From assembly GCA_015069325.1 (NCBI GenBank), contig SVIV01000002.1, positions 181,694 to 245,693 of the forward strand: a stretch of 64,000 nucleotides of DNA. Direction: 5' to 3'. Origin of the DNA: Clostridiales bacterium (GTDB taxonomy: Bacteria > Bacillota > Clostridia > Christensenellales > UBA1242). Position numbers and translations under genes: made by a program. Below are positions 19,661 to 27,170 of the stretch, one piece after another (within the stretch, counting starts at the first letter, position 1; every line of letters starts with the position of its first letter). The notes beneath the pieces are model-generated. The model saw nothing but the letters and a program-made list of their open reading frames with translations. It searched no databases and was not told the DNA's origin.

Positions 19661-21118
19661 ATGAACGATAAAGCAATAAGAACAAGATTTGCACCAAGCC
19701 CAACTGGATATATGCATATCGGCAACTTAAGGACAGCCTTATATTGTTATTTGTTTGCCAAACATTGCAATGGCAAATTTATTTTAAGAATTGAAGATAC
19801 AGACCAGAAAAGATATGTTGAAGGTGCAACTGATGTCATTTACAGCACATTAAAAAAATCAAAACTCTTTCACGATGAAGGGCCAGATATTGGCGGAAAT
19901 TACGGACCTTATGTTCAAACTGAAAGAATGGAAATTTATAAAAAGTATGCATTAGAATTAGTCGAAAAGGGTTTTGCCTACTATTGTTTCTGTGATAAAA
20001 GCAGTCACGAAGAAAAAGAAGGAGAAGCTTCTATTGGTTATGACCGCCACTGTAGAAATTTATCAGCAGAAGAAATTGAAAACAACTTAAAATTAAATAA
20101 GCCTTATGTAATCAGACAAAAAGTTCCACTTGATGGCACAACTTCTTTTTATGACGAAGTTTATGGAGAAATCACCGTTGAAAACTCAACATTAGATGAT
20201 CAAGTTTTATTGAAAAGCGATGGACTTCCAACCTATAACTTTGCCAATGTAATAGATGATCACTTAATGAATATTACTCATATCTTAAGGGGAAAAGAAT
20301 ATATTTCTTCCACACCAAAATATCAATTATTATATAATGCCTTCGGTTGGGAACCTCCAAAAACGGCTCACCTTTCAACAATTATGGGAAAGAATGCCGA
20401 CGGATCGGTTTCTAAACTTTCTAAAAGACACGGCTCAGTAAGTTTTGAACAATTAATTAAAGATGGCTATTTGGTCGAAGCAGTTATAAATTACATTACT
20501 TTACTCGGCTGGAGCCCTAGACAAGAAAGAGAAATTTTCTCTTTGGAAGAATTGATTGAAATTTTCGATTTAGAAGGTTTAGTAAAGACAAATGCAATAT
20601 TTAGTTATGAAAAACTTGCTTGGATGAATGGAGAATACATTAAAAAACTTGCCCCATCTGAGTTTGAAAAAATTTCATATGACTATGCAACAAATCTTCC
20701 ATCATTTATAAAAGATAAATGGACATATGTTGCTAAGTTGTTGCAGAATAGAATCAATGTTTTCACAGAAGTTGAAGATAAACTTAAGTTTTTATATAAT
20801 TATGGAGAATTTGACTTAGAACTTTTAATAAACAAGAAAAACAAAACAACCATTGAATCAAGCATTCAAGTTTTAAAAGACTCTATTGATTATTTAGGTT
20901 CTATTAATGATTGGACAGATTCAAATATAAACGAAGCAATCACCCAATATTCAAATCAATTAAACTTAAAATTAGGCTTTGTAATGTGGCCTTTGAGAAT
21001 CGCAGTTACAGGCGAAGTTGTTACTCCTGGTGGCTGTGGCGAAATGATGTATATCTTAGGCAAAGAAGAAACATTATCTAGGCTTCAACAAACATTAAAT
21101 AGAATTGAAAACAAATAA
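19661..21118 (+). CDS. gltX: glutamate--tRNA ligase
   Basis: RTRFAPSPTGYMHIGNLRTALY (HIGH) and KLSKRHG (KMSKS), class I GluRS. Confidence 0.95.
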   Translation: MNDKAIRTRFAPSPTGYMHIGNLRTALYCYLFAKHCNGKFILRIEDTDQKRYVEGATDVIYSTLKKSKLFHDEGPDIGGNYGPYVQTERMEIYKKYALELVEKGFAYYCFCDKSSHEEKEGEASIGYDRHCRNLSAEEIENNLKLNKPYVIRQKVPLDGTTSFYDEVYGEITVENSTLDDQVLLKSDGLPTYNFANVIDDHLMNITHILRGKEYISSTPKYQLLYNAFGWEPPKTAHLSTIMGKNADGSVSKLSKRHGSVSFEQLIKDGYLVEAVINYITLLGWSPRQEREIFSLEELIEIFDLEGLVKTNAIFSYEKLAWMNGEYIKKLAPSEFEKISYDYATNLPSFIKDKWTYVAKLLQNRINVFTEVEDKLKFLYNYGEFDLELLINKKNKTTIESSIQVLKDSIDYLGSINDWTDSNINEAITQYSNQLNLKLGFVMWPLRIAVTGEVVTPGGCGEMMYILGKEETLSRLQQTLNRIENK

Positions 21119-21146
21119 AAACCTTGCAAACCTGCAAGGTTTTTAT
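21117..21146 (+). terminator. rho-independent terminator after gltX
   Basis: Stem accttgca/tgcaaggt followed by a T-run. Confidence 0.8.
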
Positions 21147-21281
21147 TTGTTGCTTTGATATTTCTTTACTACACAATCTACACTCATTAAAACATTTAGT
21201 CGTCCAATAAGCACATAAATTTATTAAGTAACCAATCAATTTTTGACAAATAAACAATTAAATTCAATACAAACAACCTAG

Positions 21282-21734
21282 TTAATTGTAATAAGCCATT
21301 GTATCTACATTATTAATAAATATCTCAAGAGCTTTTTTGTGATAAGGCAAAGGCAATAGACTTTCAATATCTTTCATATCAATTTCATCAACAATATGTC
21401 CTTCTTCAGTAGGTTCACAAAGTTTTTCTCCCAAATCAACCAAATAAAAATTTGCAAGTGACTCAAGTGGCCATTTCCCTGCAGCCAGCCAAAAACAATC
21501 AATAGTAATAACAGGAGTTATCTTTTGTATTGAATAACCAGACTCTTCGATAAACTCTCTTTTTAAGCACTCTTCATGAGTTTCTCCTCGTTCTAGTCCA
21601 CCACCAATCAAAGAATACTGTTCATTTTTTTTAACCACTAAAAATTTATTATCTTTCATGCAAATACCAAAACAAGTTTCACGAAAATCGTATTTTGCAT
21701 CAACAATCTTTTCACCAATTATTATCTTTTTCAT
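21282..21734 (-). CDS. NUDIX hydrolase
   Basis: 150 aa. Nudix box GGGLERGETHEECLKREFIEESG. Confidence 0.85.
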   Translation of the reverse strand: MKKIIIGEKIVDAKYDFRETCFGICMKDNKFLVVKKNEQYSLIGGGLERGETHEECLKREFIEESGYSIQKITPVITIDCFWLAAGKWPLESLANFYLVDLGEKLCEPTEEGHIVDEIDMKDIESLLPLPYHKKALEIFINNVDTMAYYN

Positions 21735-21846
21735 AAATCCCTCTTGATCATTATAGCAAAACCAGGCTATTTATACAATTAAAATATTGACTTTCATATT
21801 AAAAAGCTTTACAATATATTGCATAATCACAAAAAGGATAAAAAAG

Positions 21847-22389
21847 ATGACAATATTTGAAACTGAAAGATTAATAATCAGACAATGGAAACCAAACGAT
21901 TATAAAGATCTATTTGAATTTGCAAGTAACCCACAAGTTACAAAATTTTTGCAATATCCTACTTATACAGATATACAAACAGCAAAAAATAGAATTAAAT
22001 TTTTGATTGAAAAATATAAAACACAGGAAATTACACAAGAATACGCAATTGAGTTAAAACAAAACAAAAAAGTAATTGGCTCACTCAATATAGGTTCATT
22101 TAAACCAACTGCTGGTGGAATCATTCGTTTTGGCTATACATTAAATCCCCTTTTTCAAGGCAATGGGTATATGACAGAAACAATTAATTCGTTTTTAAAA
22201 TATATTAAAAATAACAACATTGCAAAAAGAATTGAAGCAACACATGATATATTAAATGAAAAAAGTGGAAATGTTTTAAAACGTGTAGGAATGACATTAG
22301 AAGGAATCCTTAGAAAATCCGGAGAAAACAACCTTCACAGCAGATACGATGTCGCATTGTATTCAATATTATACGAAGAAATCAAATAA
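21847..22389 (+). CDS. GNAT N-acetyltransferase (RimJ/RimL-like)
   Basis: MTIFETERLIIRQW... typical RimJ/L N-terminus, plus QGNGYMTE in the acetyl-CoA loop. The track start at 21787 is an extension. Confidence 0.85.
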   Translation: MTIFETERLIIRQWKPNDYKDLFEFASNPQVTKFLQYPTYTDIQTAKNRIKFLIEKYKTQEITQEYAIELKQNKKVIGSLNIGSFKPTAGGIIRFGYTLNPLFQGNGYMTETINSFLKYIKNNNIAKRIEATHDILNEKSGNVLKRVGMTLEGILRKSGENNLHSRYDVALYSILYEEIK

Positions 22390-22419
22390 AAAATATAACT
22401 TGAAAAAGTTATATTTTTT

Positions 22420-23136
22420 TTATAATAATTCTATTTCTAAAATATCTTTAGTCGTGCTAGACATTGTTTTTAAAAATTTATATGCTTTAAAAGCTTCAAT
22501 TATATGACTATCCCAAATATCCCAACCACCATGTTCAGTTGAATGTGACAGCTTAAAATATTTTCCTTCTCGCATTTCTTGAATAAACATATCTGCAGTT
22601 ATGTCATCACACTGCATAACAATCATTTTAATAAGCTTTTTATAAATTTCTCTCGCGTCAAAAGAATCATTTACATCTGGTATATTTTTCACATCACACT
22701 CATAAAAACAACTCAAAATTTCTCTACGTTTTTTCAATAACCTTATGCAAGAACAAGCATCTTTAAATTCAAAAGCACACATAGCTAAATCTTCTAATGC
22801 TTCTGGAATGCCATTGATATCATATTCTCCTATATGCAACTGTTTATCAACCTTTTCAGCAATTTCTTTAAATAGCTGTTGTTTCTCTTGAATATCCTTG
22901 CAATCTTCTAAAATTTGAATTTCTTTCAATAATTGTTTTGTTTTTAATACATCGCTTTTTGCATATTTTGCATAAATACCACCAAAATACGCTTTAGAAA
23001 ACATTTCCATAAATTCAGACGGATATAATTCATCAAGTTCTTGCATCATCACCAAAATTTTTTCTTTTGACATTTTTGATACGTCTTCAGCAAGTTGCTC
23101 GAAATATCGTTTTTTCAATATACTTTCTTGTTTCAT
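22420..23136 (-). CDS. hypothetical protein
   Basis: 238-aa ORF starting 14 nt after asnA, probably co-transcribed. No motif recognised. Confidence 0.5.
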   Translation of the reverse strand: MKQESILKKRYFEQLAEDVSKMSKEKILVMMQELDELYPSEFMEMFSKAYFGGIYAKYAKSDVLKTKQLLKEIQILEDCKDIQEKQQLFKEIAEKVDKQLHIGEYDINGIPEALEDLAMCAFEFKDACSCIRLLKKRREILSCFYECDVKNIPDVNDSFDAREIYKKLIKMIVMQCDDITADMFIQEMREGKYFKLSHSTEHGGWDIWDSHIIEAFKAYKFLKTMSSTTKDILEIELL

Positions 23137-23149
23137 GCTATGCTTCCCC

Positions 23150-24145
23150 CTATAACAACTCTATCTGTAATTCTTCACACTGTTTGAGTGTGTCTTTATC
23201 CCAATAACTTGCTTGAACTTCTCCAATATGTGCACGACCAAGAAGCAACATACATAATCTGCTTTGACCTATTCCACCACCAATTGTAAGCGGCAACTCT
23301 TCTTTGACAATTGATTGATGATAAGCATATTCTAATCGTTCTTGCTTACCTGATTTTTCAAGTTGCTTAATTAAAGTATCTTTATCAACCCTAATTCCCA
23401 TACTTGAAATTTCAATAGCCATATCCAACACTTCGTGATAGAAAAGTAAATCTCCGTCTAAACTCCAATCATCATAGTCTGGCGCTCTCGTATCGTGCGG
23501 TTTGCCATCGCTTAAATCATCACCAATGCCAATAATAAATACAGTTTTATATTGTTTTGTAATCAAATATTCTCTTTCTTTATCTGTTTTATCTGGATAC
23601 AAATCCAAAAGTTCTTGACTTGTTATAAAGAAAACATCTTTGCATATTTCCACACCATCAAACCCTTTTGTCTTTAAAAATTCACTAGTGTCCGCAATTG
23701 CTTTAACAATCTTTTTGACAGTTTTCTTTAAAAAATCTACAGTTCTATCTTTTCTAACTATAACTTTTTCCCAATCCCATTGATCAACATAAATTGAATG
23801 AGTTTCATCCATTTTATCATCTCTTCGAATTGCAGTCATATCAGTGTATAAACCCTTATGAATAGGAAAATCATATTTTTTTAGTGCCATACGCTTCCAT
23901 TTAGCAAGAGATTGAACTATTTCGAGCTGTTTACCATCTTTCAAAATATCAAACGATACTTTACGCTCAACTCCACTTAAATCATCTTGCAAACCACTTT
24001 CTTTCGTTACAAGTAATGGTGCTGAAACTCTTGTTAAATCTAATGCTCCAGCCAATTTTCTTTCAAACTTATCTTTGATAAATTTTATATATTTTTGTTT
24101 ATCTAATATTCTTAAATGTGTATATTTTTCTTTAATAAATTTCAT
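23150..24145 (-). CDS. asnA: aspartate--ammonia ligase (asparagine synthetase A)
   Basis: 331 aa with LDLTRVSAPLLV..SGLQDDLSG.ERKVSF and a class-II aaRS-like core ending GGGIGQSRLCMLLL. Confidence 0.9.
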   Translation of the reverse strand: MKFIKEKYTHLRILDKQKYIKFIKDKFERKLAGALDLTRVSAPLLVTKESGLQDDLSGVERKVSFDILKDGKQLEIVQSLAKWKRMALKKYDFPIHKGLYTDMTAIRRDDKMDETHSIYVDQWDWEKVIVRKDRTVDFLKKTVKKIVKAIADTSEFLKTKGFDGVEICKDVFFITSQELLDLYPDKTDKEREYLITKQYKTVFIIGIGDDLSDGKPHDTRAPDYDDWSLDGDLLFYHEVLDMAIEISSMGIRVDKDTLIKQLEKSGKQERLEYAYHQSIVKEELPLTIGGGIGQSRLCMLLLGRAHIGEVQASYWDKDTLKQCEELQIELL

Positions 24146-24213
24146 AATTTTTCTCCTTCAACTTAATATTTTGGCAAATTTTGAAATTACAATATATTTA
24201 AGGAACATCAAAT

Positions 24214-24288
24214 TCACCTAAAAACTCTCCTTAAATATTTATTATTGTTATTATCATCTTCGCCCGCTACGGCGTTTGTCTTTTTCAT
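24214..24288 (-). promoter_or_regulatory. second Asn-rich mini-ORF in the asnA leader (MKKTNAVAGEDDNNNNKYLRRVFR)
   Basis: RBS AAAGGAG 5 nt before the ATG at 24288. Four consecutive Asn codons. Stop at 24216-24214. Confidence 0.4.
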
Positions 24289-24330
24289 AACATCTCCTTT
24301 TTTCAATTTTTTTTATAGTTAACAACACTA

Positions 24331-24429
24331 AGTAAAAATAGCACACCCTTTAGAGAGTGTGCTGTGATATGTGTTATTTTAATAACATCAATATAAACAA
24401 AACACTCTCTTGGATTTCAAGAGAGTGTT
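24331..24429 (-). promoter_or_regulatory. asnA leader attenuator: hairpin 24401-24429, terminator 24331-24362, alternative pairing between them
   Basis: Minus-sense AACACTCTCTTG-aaatc-CAAGAGAGTGTT followed by UUUUGUUUAU, then GCACAC-ucucuaaag-GGUGUGC followed by UAUUUUU. AGAGAGUGU of the first hairpin can instead pair with ACACUCUCU, which overlaps the terminator 5' arm. Confidence 0.55.
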
Positions 24430-24450
24430 GATTATCTATTTTAAATATGC

Positions 24451-24534
24451 TTAGATTTTTTCAACAACAAAAATGAAACCCATATTAAATGCGTTTAAAT
24501 TATTATTGTTGTTATTATTTATAACTCTAAACAT
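24451..24534 (-). promoter_or_regulatory. Asn-run leader peptide (MFRVINNNNNNNLNAFNMGFIFVVEKI) upstream of asnA
   Basis: Promoter TTGACA-N17-TGtgaTAAAAT at about 24565-24590. RBS AAAGGAGAAGG. Seven consecutive AAT/AAC codons plus two more Asn. Confidence 0.55.
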
Positions 24535-24666
24535 ACCTTCTCCTTTCATTTAGATGTCTCTATTTTATCACATAATTCACCATATGTCAATACATTTTGA
24601 AAAATTTTTAAATTCATAACAACCCAGTCAATCAATTACACATTTTAGAGGAGTTATAGTATCTTA

Positions 24667-25095
24667 TTATGGTTTATATTTTAAAATAAAGTGTGAATGA
24701 TTTTCTCCATCAACAATAAAACCATGCCTTTCGTAAAATCTTTTAGCTGGATTTGTTTTAAATGTGTCTAAATAAATTGGTTTATTAAGTTGATTTGCTT
24801 GTTTTATAAAATGTTGCATTATCTCAGAACCCAAACCATTGTTTCTAAAGTTTGGAAATAAACACAAAACATCAACAGTAATTTTTGTCTCTTCTTCTTT
24901 AAAATAAACAAACCCCGCGATCTCGTTTCCCACCATTATTTTAAACAAACTTGATTTTAATCTCTCCAAATGTTGTTCCATTATACTTTGATCAAACTGT
25001 CCAAAAAATTCTATAACATATTTTTCAAAAGCATCTTTTTGCATTTTTAAATATAAATCTCGATCTTTTTGTTCATATAATTTCAATTCAAACAT
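24667..25095 (-). CDS. GNAT N-acetyltransferase (array unit 6)
   Basis: 142 aa from the ATG at 25095 (MFELKLYEQ...). RNNGLGSEIM acetyl-CoA loop. The track start at 25179 translates the promoter region. Confidence 0.8.
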   Translation of the reverse strand: MFELKLYEQKDRDLYLKMQKDAFEKYVIEFFGQFDQSIMEQHLERLKSSLFKIMVGNEIAGFVYFKEEETKITVDVLCLFPNFRNNGLGSEIMQHFIKQANQLNKPIYLDTFKTNPAKRFYERHGFIVDGENHSHFILKYKP

Positions 25096-25117
25096 ATTTT
25101 TATCCCTTAATAATTTC

Positions 25118-25170
25118 ATTATACCACACAAATAAAAAAATGTATACACTTTGAATGCAAAATGTATACA
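25118..25170 (-). promoter_or_regulatory. unit-6 promoter with twin TGTATACA palindromes
   Basis: TGTATACA at 25141-48 and 25163-70, 22 bp apart. Extended -10 TGtGgTATAAT with TATAAT at 25118-23. Confidence 0.65.
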
Positions 25171-25184
25171 TTTTATCAAAAAAA

Positions 25185-25435
25185 TTAAATTTTACTTTTC
25201 CTACTCTGTCTATCCACATTCAAAACCACCCCTATTGCACTCATAAAAACAAGGAGCGCAGTTGAACCTGCAGAGTTTTGGGGCCCCCGCAAATCGTGAG
25301 AATTGCGGGGAAAAGGAAAAACGGAGCGTCAAATTTTGTGCAAGCAAAGCGAGCACAACTCACAAAGCGAGTGTTTTGACGCAGGTAGTGGCAAACCCGT
25401 TGGTGGTATGCTACCTGTTACCACGAGTTATTGCA
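25185..25435 (-). repeat. decoy copy A of the ftsW 3' tail (with structured insert)
   Basis: Encodes ..PPTGLPLP | insert | AGSTALLVFMSAIGVVLNVDRQSRKSKI* and aligns to ftsW 29534-29680. An in-frame TGA lies inside the insert. Confidence 0.85.
25272..25382 (+). ncRNA. structured insert, copy A (111 nt)
   Basis: Hairpin CCCCGCAA/TTGCGGGG, outer stem GCGTCAAA/TTTGACGC, inner hairpin TTGTGC/GCACAA, purine linker GGGGAAAAGGAAAAAC. The strand call is tentative and rests on G-T pairs. Confidence 0.45.
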
Positions 25436-25446
25436 CTATGGATTTC

Positions 25447-25965
25447 TTATTTAATTTTTTCATCTTCAAGTGGTTCACATTCAATTAATTTACTTTCATA
25501 AGCCAAATAATTAAACAATTGCATAAAAACCTGTTCAACCTTAGGCACCCTGCTACCACTGTTGCAAAAACAAATTGCGCAACCCATATGTGGATAACTC
25601 CAACTTTCTTTATCTTCATTTTTTATGAATTTTATTGTAAAAGCATCTTCAGTTTTTATAATATTTAAAACATTCGCTTCATCTTCTGGCCAATCTTCAC
25701 TAATATAAGATATTATGTTCCCTTGTAATACTGGACGATATTTGTCATCATTCTTCCCTACAGCATTAAATAATTGATTAAAAACACCATACGTTATTTT
25801 ATCGCTTTTATCTATTTCAAAAATTTTATTTTCTTTATGATTCTCTGGCAACCAATATAAATCCAAATTGCCACCAACTGTCATTACAAATGACTTACCA
25901 TTTTTATCGGTAATTTTTACATCATAATATCCTTCTTTATTGTTTCTTAGTTGTTTTGTAATCAC
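25447..25965 (-). CDS. hypothetical protein (array unit 5)
   Basis: 172-aa ORF with a GTG start after RBS AGGAGAA. Own promoter TTTACA-N17-TGgTAATAT. The stop abuts decoy tail A. Confidence 0.55.
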   Translation of the reverse strand: MITKQLRNNKEGYYDVKITDKNGKSFVMTVGGNLDLYWLPENHKENKIFEIDKSDKITYGVFNQLFNAVGKNDDKYRPVLQGNIISYISEDWPEDEANVLNIIKTEDAFTIKFIKNEDKESWSYPHMGCAICFCNSGSRVPKVEQVFMQLFNYLAYESKLIECEPLEDEKIK

Positions 25966-25981
25966 TATTTTCTCCTAAAAA

Positions 25982-26057
25982 ATATTACCACATTTTCAAA
26001 CAATTGTAAATAGAATGAAATAAAAAATGTATACACTTTGATTACAATATGTATACA
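25982..26057 (-). promoter_or_regulatory. unit-5 promoter region with twin TGTATACA palindromes
   Basis: TGTATACA at 26028-35 and 26050-57, 22 bp apart. Divergent -10 TAATAT at 25982-87. Confidence 0.6.
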
Positions 26058-26070
26058 TTTCATTAAAAAA

Positions 26071-26327
26071 TTAAATTTTACTCTCTCTACTCTGTCTATC
26101 CACATTCAGCACCACCCCTATCGCACTCATAAAAACAAGGAGCGCAGTTGAACCTGCAGAGTTTTGGGGCCCACGCAAATCGTGAGATTTGTGGGGAAAA
26201 GGAAAAACAGAGCGTCAAATTTTGTGCAAGCAGAGCGAGCACAAATCACAAAGCGAGTGTTTTGACGCAGGTAGTTGCAAACCTGTTGGTGGGATTGAGC
26301 CTCTTAACATCAGTTATTGTATTATAA
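26071..26327 (-). repeat. decoy copy B of the ftsW 3' tail (with structured insert)
   Basis: Same architecture as copy A. Insert at 26158-26268. Confidence 0.85.
26158..26268 (+). ncRNA. structured insert, copy B (111 nt)
   Basis: Same helices as copy A. The P1 3' arm reads ATTTGTGGGG, which makes a G-T pair on the plus strand. Confidence 0.45.
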
Positions 26328-26846
26328 AGTTACCCAATACCTTTCTAAATTTATTCCCTCTCTTTCAAGTGTTCTAGTATCCTCATATTGTCCACCATTT
26401 GCTAAAATACATTTTCTTGATGCAATGTTGGTGTCTTTACAAGACAATAGCACTTTATCAATTCCCAACTCTTTGCATTTCTTTAACCCAAGAGCAAGTA
26501 ATTTTTTACCATAACCTTTCCTTCTTTCATCAACAGCAACACTATCTCCACAATGCCCGCCATAATTCAATAAGAAATCACTTAATTTATGTCTAATTTG
26601 AAACATTCCTATTAACTTGTTATCAGACTTCCTTATACAAATGTATTGCGTTGAAGGAACATATCCTGCAGGTAAATTTTTTCCCTCTCTCCAATCATTA
26701 TTTTTTTGTAGCCATGTTTCAAAATCATCTTTTCTTAAATCTCCACAGCCATCCATACTAGAACCCGATTCAATCATATCTTTTTTATATCTTTCTACTT
26801 GCTCTTTATATTCAGCTGTTGGTATTATTAACTCTAATTCATCCAT
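26322..26846 (-). CDS. GNAT acetyltransferase (COG3981-like; array unit 4)
   Basis: 174 aa with VAVDERRKGYGKKLLALGLKKCKELG, the acetyl-CoA binding motif. The stop codon lies inside the conserved repeat boundary ttattgtattataa. Confidence 0.8.
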   Translation of the reverse strand: MDELELIIPTAEYKEQVERYKKDMIESGSSMDGCGDLRKDDFETWLQKNNDWREGKNLPAGYVPSTQYICIRKSDNKLIGMFQIRHKLSDFLLNYGGHCGDSVAVDERRKGYGKKLLALGLKKCKELGIDKVLLSCKDTNIASRKCILANGGQYEDTRTLEREGINLERYWVTL

Positions 26847-26875
26847 AAATTACACCCCACGCTATCACTATATCA

Positions 26876-26928
26876 ATTATACCACACAAATAAAAAAATG
26901 TATACACTTTTCTTACAATTTGTATACA
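26876..26928 (-). promoter_or_regulatory. unit-4 promoter with twin TGTATACA palindromes
   Basis: TGTATACA at 26899-906 and 26921-28, 22 bp apart. TGtGgTATAAT with TATAAT at 26876-81. Confidence 0.65.
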
Positions 26929-26942
26929 TTTCTATAAAAATT

Positions 26943-27130
26943 TTATTTGAGATTCACTCCACTCATTTCTCTCGGTCGGAATGACAGTGTTTTACTTTGT
27001 TTATCTACGTTGAGAACAACTCCGATGGCAGACATAAAGACAAGCAAACTTGTTGACCCTGCAGAGATGAACAGAAGTAGTAATCCTGTTGGTGGGATTG
27101 AGCCCCTTAACATCAGTTATTGTATTATAA
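26943..27130 (-). repeat. decoy copy C of the ftsW 3' tail (no insert; intact alternative C-terminus)
   Basis: Reads in frame as IPPTGLLLLFISAGSTSLLVFMSAIGVVLNVDKQSKTLSFRPREMSGVNLK*. It lacks the ~110-nt insert. Confidence 0.85.
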
Positions 27131-27140
27131 AATTTCACAC

Positions 27141-27170
27141 AAAAAAAGAGCAAAATTTATTGCTCTTTTT
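27141..27170 (-). terminator. terminator of the PnuC unit
   Basis: Stem agagcaa/ttgctct with A and T runs. Nearly identical to the hairpin at 29064-29091. Overlaps the pnuC stop. Confidence 0.7.

Noticed and set aside
24146-24660. A T-box riboswitch upstream of asnA (and likewise upstream of gltX at 19530-19660).
   Set aside because: The conserved T-box sequence (AAnnnGGGTGGnACCGCG) is absent on either strand. The gltX leader is only about 60 nt after its promoter.
25272-25382. The insert as a self-splicing intron in a duplicated ftsW exon.
   Set aside because: At 106-116 nt it is far below known group I or group II intron sizes. The 5' end (GCGUCA) and 3' end do not match the group II GUGYG/AY boundaries. 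No group I core (P3-P7, G-binding site) is recognisable. The flanking 'exons' are also out of frame in some copies.
25272-25382. The insert or boundary as a classical integron attC site.
   Set aside because: There is no R''/L''-L'/R' single imperfect hairpin, and no GTTRRRY/RYYYAAC core pair. GTTATTG and CTTAAC at the boundary do not fit that consensus. The fold is multi-stem, and no IntI-like gene is present.
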